NCBI GenBank assembly: GCA_040878325.1 | Contig: JBBDMM010000016.1 | Coordinates: forward strand, 184,354-204,353 | Source of the DNA: Acidimicrobiia bacterium | GTDB taxonomy: Bacteria; Actinomycetota; Acidimicrobiia; Spongiisociales; UBA11373 | Length of the DNA: 20,000 nucleotides | Direction: 5' to 3' | Part shown: positions 1 to 10,310 of the stretch, one piece after another | Position numbering within the stretch: position 1 is the first letter of the stretch | Layout: the number at the start of each line of letters is the position of its first letter | Notes under the pieces: model-generated | What the model was told of the DNA's origin: nothing | Seen by the model: the letters and a program-made list of their open reading frames with translations, nothing else | Database searches by the model: none | Position numbers and translations under genes: made by a program

Positions 1-120
1 GGCGTCCAATGCCAGAGTGTCTGCCGTCGTGGTGTCCACACCCCCGTCCGGGAAACCGGCACAGGCGACAACGATCAAGGACGATGCGGTGAGCACCATC
101 CAACGTCCTCGCATTTGCAT
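1..120 (-). CDS. 5' end of a predicted lipoprotein (runs off the left edge)
   Basis: Manual translation from ATG at 120: MQMRGRWMVLTASSLIVVACAGFPDGGVDTTTADTLALDA. It has a basic N-terminus, hydrophobic stretch and VVAC lipobox, and stays open to the edge. Confidence 0.6.
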   Translation of the reverse strand, partial: MQMRGRWMVLTASSLIVVACAGFPDGGVDTTTADTLALDA

Positions 121-369
121 GGTGCTGTGACGCTACCTCAGATGGGGTTCTACGACCGATGAGGCTCGATGCCCAGCGACCCACCCCGACTCGGGATCGT
201 CTCTCGGCATGCGTACCGTGGGAGGGATTAAGCGACAGCACCACCTAGCCCTCCTCCGCGGGGTGGGGGCGGCGCGGCCATGAGTCGTTCGCTATTGTCC
301 CGATCTCGCGCACCTCGTGCGCCCGGAGGGGTGGGTCTTGGAACCTGGCTGGCGCAGCGCGGCGGTCGC

Positions 370-1431
370 ATGACCACCTCAGCGGTCTCCCTCGAAGAAC
401 TCAGCAAGCGCTTCGGCGATGTCGTCGCCGTGGATGGCGTGTCTCTCGAGATCGAAGATGGCGAGTTCTTCTCGCTGCTCGGCCCGTCCGGATCGGGCAA
501 GACCACCTGCCTGCGCATGATCGCCGGGTTCGAAGAGCCCACCTCGGGCAGGGTGCTGCTTCACGGTTCCGACGTCACGGGGCTGGCCCCCTACCAGCGA
601 GACGTGAACACGGTGTTCCAGGACTACGCCCTGTTCCCCCACATGACGGTGGCCGCGAATGTCGGTTATGGCCTGATGGTGCGCGGCGTCGACAGAATGG
701 AGCGGGCCGCCAAGGTGGCCGAAGCCCTGGACTTGGTTCACCTCGGAGCACTCGGTGAGCGCAAGCCGGGCCAGCTCTCCGGGGGCCAACGGCAGCGGGT
801 GGCCCTGGCTCGGGCGCTGATCAACCGACCCAGGGTGATCCTGCTCGACGAGCCCCTGGGTGCCCTCGACCTCAAGCTGCGCCACGCCATGCAGATCGAG
901 TTGAAGTCGATCCAGCGCGACGTCGGCATCACCTTCATCTACGTGACCCACGATCAGGAGGAGGCGCTGAACATGAGCGACCGCCTCGCGGTCTTCAACC
1001 ACGGCCGCATCGAACAGGTAGGACCACCGCAGCAGGTGTACGAGACACCCCGAACCGCCTTCGTTGCCGGGTTCGTCGGCGTCTCCAATGTCGTTCCCGC
1101 CCACCTCGCCATGGCGCTCACCGGGCGCGCCGGGGCTTTCACCATCCGCCCGGAGAAGATCTCGCTACACGTTGCCGCGGCGCCCCCAGCAGATGCCGCA
1201 ACCTGCGACGTGAGCGGAACAGTGGTCGACGTGATCTACCTCGGCATGTTCACAAGATATGCCGTCGAGGTCGATCATGCCACCACCCTCGAGGTGGTTC
1301 GGCAGAACCTCGATGCGGCCCACCGGGAACGGGGGCTCCTCGGAGCCACCGTCCACCTGCAGTGGGCGCGCGAGTCCTGTCGGTACCTCTCCGAGGGATC
1401 AACGGAGGAAGACGAAGGAGGAACGAAATGA
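370..1431 (+). CDS. Polyamine-family ABC transporter ATP-binding subunit (PotA/YdcT-like)
   Basis: Walker A GPSGSGKT, signature LSGGQRQR, Walker [16 protein letters not shown] and a TOBE-like C-terminus. Start placed at ATG 370 ([11 protein letters not shown]). Confidence 0.95.
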   Translation: MTTSAVSLEELSKRFGDVVAVDGVSLEIEDGEFFSLLGPSGSGKTTCLRMIAGFEEPTSGRVLLHGSDVTGLAPYQRDVNTVFQDYALFPHMTVAANVGYGLMVRGVDRMERAAKVAEALDLVHLGALGERKPGQLSGGQRQRVALARALINRPRVILLDEPLGALDLKLRHAMQIELKSIQRDVGITFIYVTHDQEEALNMSDRLAVFNHGRIEQVGPPQQVYETPRTAFVAGFVGVSNVVPAHLAMALTGRAGAFTIRPEKISLHVAAAPPADAATCDVSGTVVDVIYLGMFTRYAVEVDHATTLEVVRQNLDAAHRERGLLGATVHLQWARESCRYLSEGSTEEDEGGTK

Positions 1432-2606
1432 CCAAGCGCCGAATTCTGGCGCTGGTGACGGTCATCGCCATGATGGCGGCGGCCTGCGGCGACGACGATG
1501 CCGGACCCGGTGGTCCGCTCACCGAAATCGGTGACGGTGAAGGTGCCGTGTCGATCATCGCCTGGGCGGGCTACATCGAGCGCGGCGACACGGATCCCAG
1601 CTTCGACTGGGTAACCCAGTTCGAGGCGGACACCGGTTGCATGGTGACCGTGAAGACCGCGGCTACCTCGGACGAGATGGTCGCCCTGATGCAGGGCTCC
1701 AACGACTTCGACCTGGTCACGGCTTCGGGCGACGCCAGCCTCCGGCTCATTGCCGGCGGCACCGTTCAGGAAGTGAACACCGACCTCATCGAGTCGTGGG
1801 GCGACGTCGACCCGCGCCTCCAGGAGGCCCCGTGGCACTTCGTCGACGGCGCCCACTACGGCGTGCCGTACCAGTGGGGCTCGAATGTGCTCATGTACAA
1901 CACTGAGGTGTTCGGGGACACGCCCCCGACCTCGTGGAACGTGGTGTTCGAGGAAGTGACCTTGCCCGACGGGGCGAGCAACGCGGGACGGGTCGAAGCC
2001 TACGACGGGCCGATCTACATCGCAGACGCTGCGCTCTACCTGATGCATCACCAGCCCGAGCTGGGGATCACCGATCCCTACGCGCTGAACCGTGCCCAGT
2101 TCAAAGCAGCGCTCGACCTGATGCGCCAGCAGCGGGAGTTGGTGTTCCGGTACTGGCATGACGCGTTCGTACAGATGGACGACTTCACCACTGAGGGTGT
2201 GGTCGCGTCCAGTTCGTGGCCGTTCCAGGTGAACATCCTGGCAGCGGGCGGTGCCCCCATTTCGAGCGTGATCCCAGTGGAGGGGGCCACCGGATGGGCC
2301 GACACCACGATGATGCACGCGAACGCCCCGCACCCGAACTGCGCCTACATGTGGATGGAGTGGTCACTGAACCCCCAGGTCCAGGGTGACCTGGCCGCCT
2401 GGTTCGGTTCGGTGCCAGCCAACCTCAGCGCCTGCACGGGCAATGCGCTACTCGGCGACACGGGTTGTGCGACCAACGGCGAGGGGAACTTCGACCAGAT
2501 CCATTTCTGGAAGACGCCTCAGGCCGACTGCTTTGGTTTGGGAGGCGAGTGCGTCCCCTACCACGAGTGGGTTACCCAATCGGTCGCCGTCATCGGCGGC
2601 CGGTAA
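1428..2606 (+). CDS. ydcS: ABC transporter substrate-binding lipoprotein, YdcS-like
   Basis: ATGA overlap with the upstream stop, GGAGGA RBS and AAAC lipobox. The segment IIAWAGYIERG...DWVTQFE...VKTAATSDEMV...DLVTASGDASLRLI matches YdcS as I recall it. Confidence 0.88.
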   Translation: MTKRRILALVTVIAMMAAACGDDDAGPGGPLTEIGDGEGAVSIIAWAGYIERGDTDPSFDWVTQFEADTGCMVTVKTAATSDEMVALMQGSNDFDLVTASGDASLRLIAGGTVQEVNTDLIESWGDVDPRLQEAPWHFVDGAHYGVPYQWGSNVLMYNTEVFGDTPPTSWNVVFEEVTLPDGASNAGRVEAYDGPIYIADAALYLMHHQPELGITDPYALNRAQFKAALDLMRQQRELVFRYWHDAFVQMDDFTTEGVVASSSWPFQVNILAAGGAPISSVIPVEGATGWADTTMMHANAPHPNCAYMWMEWSLNPQVQGDLAAWFGSVPANLSACTGNALLGDTGCATNGEGNFDQIHFWKTPQADCFGLGGECVPYHEWVTQSVAVIGGR

Positions 2607-2620
2607 CCCGGTCACAAGGG

Positions 2621-2652
2621 GGAGAGGGGGGCCCTGTGGGCCCCCCCTCTCC
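2621..2652 (+). promoter_or_regulatory. Strong intercistronic stem-loop after the substrate-binding gene
   Basis: GGAGAGGGGGGCCC-TGT-GGGCCCCCCCTCTCC inverted repeat with no U-tract. Such hairpins typically stabilise SBP mRNA in ABC operons. Confidence 0.65.
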
Positions 2653-2660
2653 ACTCCCCA

Positions 2661-3593
2661 ATGGTCATCGAATCCACCAACGTCGGACGCATCGGCCGGA
2701 TCTCGGGAGCGCTGCATCGCCGCCCGGGCCTTCGGCTGCTGCTCCTGCTGGGATTGCCCGCGCTATGGCTGGTCGGCGTGTACGGAGGATCGTTGCTCGC
2801 TCTCCTGTGGCAGTCCTTCTTCAGCCTCGACGAGTTCTCCGGCAATGTGAACCGCGACCTGACTCTGGAGACCTGGGGCGACCTATTCACCGATTCCAAC
2901 ATTTCGATCGCGATACGGACGTTGAGCATGGCGACCGCGGTCACCATCGGCGCTGCCGTCATCGCCTTCCCCATCGCCTACTACACGGTCCGCTACGCCG
3001 GCCCGAGGCTACGCGCCGCGTTCTTCGTCCTAATCCTGATCCCGCTGTGGTCGTCCTATCTGGTCCGGGTCTACGCGTGGAAGCTGATCCTTGCCCGTGA
3101 GGGCATTCTGTTCTGGTTCGTCGACACGCTCGGACTCAACTTCCTGCTAGACGCGGCCCTATCCGCCCCGGGGATCGGGGGCCCGTCGCTGAGCGCCTCG
3201 GCACTCGGTCAATTCTTCGTGTTCACTTACATCTGGCTGCCCTACATGATCCTGCCGGTTTACACCGCGCTCGAGCGAGTGCCACGCTCCTACCTGGAGG
3301 CCTCCGCCGACCTCGGAGCCCGACCAGCGCAGACGTTCCGCACCGTGATCTGGCCGCTCGCCATCCCCGGTATCGCCGCCGGATCGATCTTCACCTTCTC
3401 CCTCACCCTGGGCGACTACATCATTCCCACGATCATCGGGGACTCCTCGCCGTTCATCGGGTTGGCCATCTATTCATATCAGGGCGTGGCCGGGAACCTG
3501 CCGCTAGCGGCGGCCTTCTCGTTCGTCCCGATCGTGATCATGGTGATCTACCTGATCCTGGCCCGCCGGGCCGGAGCATTCGACGCGCTATGA
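2661..3593 (+). CDS. ABC transporter permease (PotB/YdcU-like)
   Basis: Multiple TM segments, [13 protein letters not shown], and EAA loop LEASADLGA. Confidence 0.93.
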   Translation: MVIESTNVGRIGRISGALHRRPGLRLLLLLGLPALWLVGVYGGSLLALLWQSFFSLDEFSGNVNRDLTLETWGDLFTDSNISIAIRTLSMATAVTIGAAVIAFPIAYYTVRYAGPRLRAAFFVLILIPLWSSYLVRVYAWKLILAREGILFWFVDTLGLNFLLDAALSAPGIGGPSLSASALGQFFVFTYIWLPYMILPVYTALERVPRSYLEASADLGARPAQTFRTVIWPLAIPGIAAGSIFTFSLTLGDYIIPTIIGDSSPFIGLAIYSYQGVAGNLPLAAAFSFVPIVIMVIYLILARRAGAFDAL

Positions 3594-4393
3594 GTACCCG
3601 CAGACCGCGCATCCGCAGGCACTTCGGGCTCCGCCTCTCCACCTGGGCGGTCCTGGCGTTTCTCCACTTCCCGATCCTGATCGTCGCGCTCTATGCGTTC
3701 ACCACCGAGGACGCCGCCTTCAGCTTCCCACCGCCGGGCCTGACCCTCGAGTGGTTCGGCGTGGCGTGGAGCAACGGCGCGGTTCGTGACGCCCTGTACC
3801 TGTCCCTCCGGGTCGCCACGACGGCTACCGCGATCGCCCTCGTGTTGGGGACGATGGCGGCGGCTGCGGTGTGGCGGCGACCGTTCTTCGGCCGGGAGGC
3901 GGTGTCTCTCTTCATCGTCCTGCCGATCGCCCTTCCCGGAATCATCACCGGCATCTCGCTGCGATCGGCGATCGCGTTGGGCAACATCCCATTTTCGTTC
4001 TGGACGATCGTGATCGGTCACGCCACCTTCTGCGTGGCAATCGCCTACAACAACGTCGTCGCCCGGATGCGCCGCACCTCACCGTCGCTGCTCGAGGCGT
4101 CTGCCGACCTCGGTGCCAACGGTTGGCAGACCTTCCGCCATGTGCTGCTCCCCCAGATCCGCCCGGCATTGATTGCCGGAGGCATGCTCGCCTTCGCCCT
4201 CTCTTTCGACGAGATCATCGTGACCACCTTCACCGCCGGGAACCAGCAGACCCTGCCGATCTGGATGTTCTCGTCGTTGGTACGGCCCAGGCAACGCCCG
4301 ATGACCAACGTGGTGGCGCTGCTCATCGTGGCGCTCACCTTCATCCCCATCCTCCTGGCGACCCGGATGACCAGGAACACCGAGGGGAGCTGA
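3590..4393 (+). CDS. ABC transporter permease (PotC/YdcV-like)
   Basis: ATGA overlap, TM segments, EAA loop LEASADLGA, and FALSFDE...TLP motif. Confidence 0.93.
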   Translation: MSTRRPRIRRHFGLRLSTWAVLAFLHFPILIVALYAFTTEDAAFSFPPPGLTLEWFGVAWSNGAVRDALYLSLRVATTATAIALVLGTMAAAAVWRRPFFGREAVSLFIVLPIALPGIITGISLRSAIALGNIPFSFWTIVIGHATFCVAIAYNNVVARMRRTSPSLLEASADLGANGWQTFRHVLLPQIRPALIAGGMLAFALSFDEIIVTTFTAGNQQTLPIWMFSSLVRPRQRPMTNVVALLIVALTFIPILLATRMTRNTEGS

Positions 4394-4424
4394 GGCCCGG
4401 GGTCGGCAGGGGTGAGTCCGACAA

Positions 4425-4456
4425 ACAAGACCCGGCCGGAAACGGTCGGGTCTTGT
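4425..4456. terminator. Hairpin, probably a bidirectional terminator for the ABC operon and the tRNA locus
   Basis: ACAAGACCCGGCCG-GAAA-CGGTCGGGTCTTGT, lying between the convergent ABC operon and the tRNA 3' end. Confidence 0.8.
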
Positions 4457-4461
4457 CGATT

Positions 4462-4505
4462 CGTAGCGGGGGCGGGATTTGAACCCGCGACCTTCGGGTC
4501 ATGAG
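4462..4505 (-). repeat. tRNA-fMet(CAT) 3'-half copy 1 (att-like scar)
   Basis: Reverse complement CTCATGACCCGAAGGTCGCGGGTTCAAATCCCGCCCCCGCTACG covers the anticodon loop, T-arm and acceptor 3' strand. No D-arm or 5' half is present. Confidence 0.85.
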
Positions 4506-4607
4506 TTATGACTCATCGACCGTGCCCTCCGCCGGGACCATACGTTCCGCTCACCCATCAAAAGGCTCTGGTCCCTACGACTGTGGTGACTGAGTTCTCT
4601 GTCGTGG

Positions 4608-5336
4608 CTAGGGCGATGTTCGACTCAGGTGCACGATGGATCCGCCCTCGAAAATCCGGGGTGAGGGTTCGACTCCCACTCGTCTGAAGACCCCCGCTGG
4701 TACGCCGAGGTCGGCCAGCCAGACGTCACCGACGTCGGATCCTTCCAGACCTTGTTTGGGCAGGGCGAGTGTGAGTGTCTCGGTGGGAGCAACGACCACA
4801 CCTGGTGCCTGACCAGTGTCTGCGTCGCGACCGGAAGGCACGTCCAACGAGATGACGGGCACGCCGGCTTCGTTGATGGCGGAGATCATCTCGGCGACCA
4901 ACCCCTGCGGCGCCTCGTTCAGTCCATATCCGATCAGGGCGTCGAGGATAAGCCCCGGCTGATCCTCGGGCATCGCGCCAAGGCGACCCGGCGTCTCCGA
5001 GTAAATCTCGAGCTGCTGGTCGAGGATCGTCCCTGGCGTGGGCTCACGGGCGAGGATCAATGTGACGTCGCCACCACGGTTGGCCAGATGCCGGGCCGCA
5101 GCCGTTCCGCCGCCACCGTTGCCGCCCGGACCGCCGAAGACTGTGATGGGTATACCCGTCCAGCCCTCCCCGATCACAGCGGTCGCCGCCGCGGCCAAGG
5201 CCCGACCGGCATTCTCCATCATCTGATAGATGTTCGGGGTCCGGCGCTCGACGGCGATACGGTCGACCTCCCTCATCTGCTCGACGGTCACGGTCGGTAC
5301 GACCACTCCCCGATCTGTTGTGAAAGACCAACTCAT
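4608..5336 (-). CDS. nnrE: NAD(P)H-hydrate epimerase (stand-alone YjeF N-terminal domain)
   Basis: Motifs MREVDR, MMENAG, GPGGNGGG, DALIGYG, SLDVPSG and TLTLALPK. Confidence 0.9.
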   Translation of the reverse strand: MSWSFTTDRGVVVPTVTVEQMREVDRIAVERRTPNIYQMMENAGRALAAAATAVIGEGWTGIPITVFGGPGGNGGGGTAAARHLANRGGDVTLILAREPTPGTILDQQLEIYSETPGRLGAMPEDQPGLILDALIGYGLNEAPQGLVAEMISAINEAGVPVISLDVPSGRDADTGQAPGVVVAPTETLTLALPKQGLEGSDVGDVWLADLGVPAGVFRRVGVEPSPRIFEGGSIVHLSRTSP

Positions 5337-5474
5337 CGGCGGGGTTGTCCCAGCCTGGCCTCTCGCCCGGGCCCCGCATCCGTTGGTGATTGGGCCGATG
5401 GCTCACGACCCAGAGCCCAACCGACTACGAGAGCGCCGACCCCGACCGACTCCAGATCGGTAGCCGCGCGGCGT

Positions 5475-6164
5475 TCAGCCGACATGACCGGCCGCGACCT
5501 CGTTGAGCTTCTCGGAGTCGACGACGCTGATCATCCGATACCCGGTGTTGATCGCACCCATGTCGCGCAGCGTTCTCACGGCCTCGTTGACGGTCTGCCT
5601 GCTCGAGCCGAGCAATGTCGCAACCGCGGCCTGGGACAGCTGCAAGTCGGGGCCGGTCTTGGAGGCTTCCTCGACGAGGAGATCTGCGACCTTGGCGAGC
5701 ACCGTCTTGTGCAAGAGGTGAACGATTCGCCGTTGGGTGTTCTGCAGCTGGCGCAGCGCTGACACCAGCCAACGAAGGCAGAGCGCCGGGTGTTTCGCCA
5801 GCTCCGGGATCAGCACGTCTCGGTCGAATCGAAAGGCCTTGACCTGATTGACGGCCTGGGCCGAAGACATATAGGTGCCCTCACCGAACATGGCGATATC
5901 TCCGATCACCGAACCAGGCCCGACGCGAGCTACCACGCGACGTCGTCCGCTGTGCATTCGAAATAGGTCTACCTCACCCGACCTGATCACGTATGCGGCG
6001 ATTGCCGGTTCTCCCTCTTTGAACAGGTGCGAGCCGGTGAACCGGGAGATCGGCTCGGCCACGTTCTTGAGGGTGTCGATGTCGCCGGGGGTGAGAGGCA
6101 AATAGTCGGGTCGCCCGAAGGAGCGTGCCAGCCACGCCAGGTGCTGGTCCTCGGCGTTCTTCAT
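5475..6164 (-). CDS. Crp/Fnr-family transcriptional regulator
   Basis: cNMP-binding fold (LFKEGEP...GSVIGDIAMF) and C-terminal HTH (LSQAAVATLLGSSRQTVNEAV). Start placed at ATG 6164. Confidence 0.9.
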   Translation of the reverse strand: MKNAEDQHLAWLARSFGRPDYLPLTPGDIDTLKNVAEPISRFTGSHLFKEGEPAIAAYVIRSGEVDLFRMHSGRRRVVARVGPGSVIGDIAMFGEGTYMSSAQAVNQVKAFRFDRDVLIPELAKHPALCLRWLVSALRQLQNTQRRIVHLLHKTVLAKVADLLVEEASKTGPDLQLSQAAVATLLGSSRQTVNEAVRTLRDMGAINTGYRMISVVDSEKLNEVAAGHVG

Positions 6165-6403
6165 GCTGGCGGGGTCACCTGATCCAAGAGGCAAGATCGC
6201 GTAGAGCCTATACCGGGGGGAATGCTCTCTCAGGCTCAGCCAGCGGAAATGGCCATCCCCATCAGTTCGACCTCAGTGGCTACCGGATCGTCCGCGAAGA
6301 CATCCCGGCACGGACCTGCTCGAGGGCCCCAGTCAGAGCGAAGAAGTGTCGCTCCTCCGACACTCTCCCGAAAAGGGGTATCGCGAGCAGAGTTGACCTA
6401 GTC

Positions 6404-7615
6404 ATGCAAATGCGCACCCTCGGCCTCATGACTGGGACCGCACTTCTCGTCGTCGCCTGCGGGAACGGTGACAAGACGGGAACCAATGAGGGGGACCCGA
6501 CCCCCGAACCAGAGTCGACGACCACCGCTCCGCCGGCCACCAATGGACCAGGCGGGGAACTTCCTTCGGCGCTGGACAATATGGAGAACGCCTCCTTCCC
6601 CGAGCCCCTGATCGATCCTTCCGAGATCATCAGCGGCGGTCCCCCACCCGACGGTATTCCCCCAATCGACAATCCCCAGTTCGTCTCCGTCGAGAAGGCG
6701 GACGAGTGGATCGGTGCGAACGAGCCCGTGATCTATCTGGAGATGAATGGGGAGGTTCACGCCTATCCGGTTCAAATCCTCATCTGGCACGAAATCGTGA
6801 ATGACACCGTGGGAGGGGTTCCGGTTGCGGTGACCTACTGCCCGTTGTGCAACAGTGCGGTCAGTTACCTGCGAGAGGTGGCTGGTCAAGTCACCTCATT
6901 CGGGACCTCAGGGCGGCTGTATGCGTCCGCCCTGGTCATGTACGACCGAGCCACCGAATCGCTCTGGACCCACTTTGACGGCCGTGCGGTGGTGGGCGCG
7001 CTCACCGGGCAGAGGCTCGAGCCGATCTCGTCGCCCTTGCTCGGCTGGTCGGACCTCAAGGAGTCGTTCCCCGAGGCGAAGGTTCTCGACCGTCATTCGA
7101 CCGGATACAGCCGACCATATGGCACGAACCCCTATGCCGGCTACGACGATCCGGACACCCAACCCTTCCTCTTCCGAGGCACAGTCGACGACCGGGCGGC
7201 AGCCAAACAACGCGTCGTCGGCGTCGCCATCGACGGTGCTGCCCGCGCCTGGGCTCTCGATGGTCTGGCGGACGGAGATGCGTCGGCCACCAACAGTCAA
7301 GTAGGGGAAACACCCGTCGTCCTCTTCTGGAAGTCGGGCCAGGCGTCCGCGCTCGACACCGACCTCATCGTCAGCGGGCGGGAAGTCGGCTCGGCGGCGG
7401 TGTTCTCCCCGGTCGTCAACAGTCAGACCCTCACATTCGGAGTCGATGGGGATGAGTTCGTTGACGACCAAACCGGCAGCCGGTGGGACATCACTGGAAT
7501 CGCCGTCTCGGGCGAGCTCGCCGGCAGGTCGCTTGAGCAGATCCACCACCTCGACACTTTCTGGTTTGCGTGGGCCACCTACCAGCCGACGACCGATTTG
7601 ATCGAAGGCCGCTAG
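6404..7615 (+). CDS. DUF3179-family lipoprotein
   Basis: LVVAC lipobox, then GGPPPDGIPPID, AYPVQILIWHEIVND, VTYCPLC, FGTSGRLY, MYDRATESLW and FWFAW. Start placed at ATG 6404. Confidence 0.85.
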   Translation: MQMRTLGLMTGTALLVVACGNGDKTGTNEGDPTPEPESTTTAPPATNGPGGELPSALDNMENASFPEPLIDPSEIISGGPPPDGIPPIDNPQFVSVEKADEWIGANEPVIYLEMNGEVHAYPVQILIWHEIVNDTVGGVPVAVTYCPLCNSAVSYLREVAGQVTSFGTSGRLYASALVMYDRATESLWTHFDGRAVVGALTGQRLEPISSPLLGWSDLKESFPEAKVLDRHSTGYSRPYGTNPYAGYDDPDTQPFLFRGTVDDRAAAKQRVVGVAIDGAARAWALDGLADGDASATNSQVGETPVVLFWKSGQASALDTDLIVSGREVGSAAVFSPVVNSQTLTFGVDGDEFVDDQTGSRWDITGIAVSGELAGRSLEQIHHLDTFWFAWATYQPTTDLIEGR

Positions 7616-7693
7616 CGGCAGCCGAGCCGGGTCAGGGCCCCCCAGCCGGCGACCCTCCGGTCGAAGGCGAGAAACGAAGGAGCGTTGAGACAA

Positions 7694-9151
7694 ATGAGCC
7701 CCCGGCTAAATGGAGATGCACCGCCGGACTCGAGATACGACGTCCTGGTCATCGGCGGCGGCCCGGCAGGCGAGAACGCAGCTGACATCGCCGCCAGGGC
7801 CGGACTCCGCGTAGCCCTGATCGAGCACGAGCTGCTCGGAGGCGAGTGCACCTACTGGGCGTGCATGCCGTCCAAGGCTCTGCTCCGCCCAGGGGAGGCG
7901 CTGGAGGCGTTGCGTCGGGTACCGGGGGCCCAGAGCGCGGCATTGGGGGAAATCGACGTCGATGAGGCCCTCGCCCGCCGCGATTCGCTGGCCAGCCACT
8001 GGGACGACGCCGGTCAGGTGTCGTGGCTCGAAGATGCCGGAGTCGACCTGATACGTGGTCGCGGCCGGATCGGTGGCGAGCGACAGGTGACCGTGCAAGC
8101 TAGGGACGGATCGATTCATCTGTTTGAAGCTAGAAAGGCCGTGGTGGTAGCCACCGGATCCTCGGCGGCTAAGCCGCCAATCGAAGGGCTCGACAGCGCC
8201 GGGGTCTGGGACTCCCGAGACGTTACGACTGCGAAGCAGGTGCCCCGCAGACTCTTGGTCATCGGAGGAGGAGTCGTCGGCAGCGAGATGGCACAGGCCT
8301 GGAAGTGGCTCGGTGCAGAAGAAGTCACCCTGGTCGAGTTGACCGGCCACCTTCTACCCCGCGAGGAAACCTTCGCTGGAGAGGAGTTGGAGGCTGCGCT
8401 ATCCCGCATGGGGGTCGTCGTCCACACATCCGCGTCCACACGTTCGGTAACTCGCGTCAGCCCGGGCGGTCCCGCCACCGCCGAGATCGAATTGGCAGAT
8501 GGTGAGGTCGTGAAAGTGGAGGCCGACGAGATACTCGTGGCCACGGGACGCAGACCAAACACAGGCGACCTCGGGCTGGAGACCGTCGGTCTGGAGGCGG
8601 GTGGCATCATCGAGGTCGATGACCACCTGCAGGCCACGGCTGTGCCCGGTGGATGGCTGTACGCCGTGGGTGACGTGAACGGCAGATCGCTGCTCACCCA
8701 TACCGGAAAGTATCAGGCTCGAATCGCCGGGCGTCATATCGCAGGCGCGGCCACACACGCCTGGGGCGACACCAAAGCGACCCCGCGCGTGGTCTTCACC
8801 AGTCCAGAGATCGCCGCAGTGGGGCTCACCGAGCGGCAAGCGAGAGAACGCGGGGTCGACGTGCGCACCGTCACCTACGACATCGGACGGGTGGCCGCCG
8901 CGGCTGTGCTCGGACGTGGCTACCGCGGAACGTCGAAACTCGTCATCGACGCCGCGCGTGAAGTGATCGTCGGGGCTACCTTCGTCGGCCCGCGGACCGG
9001 AGAACTGCTTCACGCCGCCACCATCGCGATCGTTGCCGAGACACCGCTCGAGACGCTCTGGCATGCCGTCCCCGCCTTTCCGACTCTCAGTGAAGTGTGG
9101 CTGCGTCTGTTGGAGACTTATCGTGACGAGTACGAGAGGGAGTTCGTCTGA
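7694..9151 (+). CDS. Class I pyridine nucleotide-disulfide oxidoreductase (dihydrolipoamide dehydrogenase-like family)
   Basis: GGGPAG FAD motif, GGECTYWACMPSK redox disulfide, GGGVVG, ATGRRPN, AVGD, and C-terminal HAVPAFPTLSE. Confidence 0.9.
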   Translation: MSPRLNGDAPPDSRYDVLVIGGGPAGENAADIAARAGLRVALIEHELLGGECTYWACMPSKALLRPGEALEALRRVPGAQSAALGEIDVDEALARRDSLASHWDDAGQVSWLEDAGVDLIRGRGRIGGERQVTVQARDGSIHLFEARKAVVVATGSSAAKPPIEGLDSAGVWDSRDVTTAKQVPRRLLVIGGGVVGSEMAQAWKWLGAEEVTLVELTGHLLPREETFAGEELEAALSRMGVVVHTSASTRSVTRVSPGGPATAEIELADGEVVKVEADEILVATGRRPNTGDLGLETVGLEAGGIIEVDDHLQATAVPGGWLYAVGDVNGRSLLTHTGKYQARIAGRHIAGAATHAWGDTKATPRVVFTSPEIAAVGLTERQARERGVDVRTVTYDIGRVAAAAVLGRGYRGTSKLVIDAAREVIVGATFVGPRTGELLHAATIAIVAETPLETLWHAVPAFPTLSEVWLRLLETYRDEYEREFV

Positions 9152-9784
9152 CCCCGTCTCCAGGCGTCGAGGTCGCCCTTGCCCGTGCCCTCCGCTGGAC
9201 CTTGGTTGGAGCCTCGGTCAGCCTGCCGCTGCTCTTCGTTCCGGACGCGACGCCCGCGACATTGCTGCCGTACACGATGGTGCATCTCAGCGCCCTCGTC
9301 GCCTTCGGACTGATCGTGGTCGCCCACCTGGCCCGCCTCATCGACGATTCCTGGTTCGCCTCACTCGGCGCCACCGGCCGGCTCATATCCTCGGGAGCGG
9401 CGGTGGTGGCGCTCACAGTTCGGGGTGGTCGCCCTGGTCACCCTTCCGACGTCGGCCGCGCTCCGCTTCGACCCTTCTCTGCAGTTCCTCCAACTGCTCT
9501 CCGCACTGGACATCGCATGGGCAGCCGGGGCAACTCTCCTGGGTGTGGGGTGGATGACCACGAGGCGTTGGGATCATGCCGCGGGTGCGGTGGTAGGTGT
9601 GGTTTGTGTCTGGTCGATCTGGACCTACCTTTCTGCAATCGGCTTCGCCCCCGACGGTGGGTGGCAAGTCAACGGAGCCGCCCTGATGCGCTACGTGCTC
9701 CCCTACGACATGGCTGCGGCCATGGTCGCGGTGATCACCCTGTCGTTGGGGGCTCGACGTGACGGACGGACAACAAAGGCCTGA
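9148..9784 (+). pseudogene. Frameshifted multi-pass membrane protein
   Basis: ORF 9202.. (...GAAVVALTV) and ORF 9425.. (GVVALVTLPTSAALRFDPSLQFLQLLSALD...) join into one hydrophobic protein if one base near 9421 is removed. The start is uncertain: CTG 9148 overlapping the upstream stop, or TTG 9202. Confidence 0.6.
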
Positions 9785-9879
9785 GCCACATACAGCGACC
9801 CCGGCAGATTGCCATTAGCGAAAGGGCTCGGGGACCCGTCGGACTCAGTTGGTCAGTGCTGAGGTGGACGGCAGTCTTC

Positions 9880-10212
9880 TCAGGCCTTGGACACCTTGAC
9901 ACCACGCCAAAACGCGATGTGATCCTTGATGTGGGCGGCGGCCCGGGATGGGTCGGTATAGGTCCACGCTGCAGCCGGGTAGCGGGTTCCGTCGGCAACT
10001 ACGTCGTAGTAGGTGGCCAAACCCTTCCACGGGCACACTGAAGTCTCTGATGAGGGTTCAAGCATGTCCCAGTTGACGGCGTCCGGGGCGAAGTAGTCGT
10101 TGCCCTCGACCTTTACGGTCTGCTCGGCGGATGCAACCACCACGCTGCCAGCCATAGCCTGTGTGACCGATGAGTGATCGGACTTCTTGAATCGACGCAA
10201 TATGTCTGTCAT
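9880..10212 (-). CDS. DUF427 domain protein
   Basis: Motifs VEGNDYF, SVCPWKGLATYY, AAWTY and HIKDHIAFW. Confidence 0.88.
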   Translation of the reverse strand: MTDILRRFKKSDHSSVTQAMAGSVVVASAEQTVKVEGNDYFAPDAVNWDMLEPSSETSVCPWKGLATYYDVVADGTRYPAAAWTYTDPSRAAAHIKDHIAFWRGVKVSKA

Positions 10213-10310
10213 GACCAGCACAACACGACATGCCGTACAGGTATGGCATGGACTGTCGGACCTGCGACGATGTGCAGCTGCAATGAGGCTCGGGCACCGT
10301 TAACCCAGTC

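Noticed and set aside
121..369. Possible riboswitch upstream of the ABC operon
   Set aside because: Only short GC-rich hairpins are present, with no aptamer consensus I can recognise.
1..6460. Similar N-termini (MQMR...VVAC) of the left-edge lipoprotein and DUF3179
   Set aside because: The similarity is limited to generic signal-peptide features, which is too little to claim duplication.
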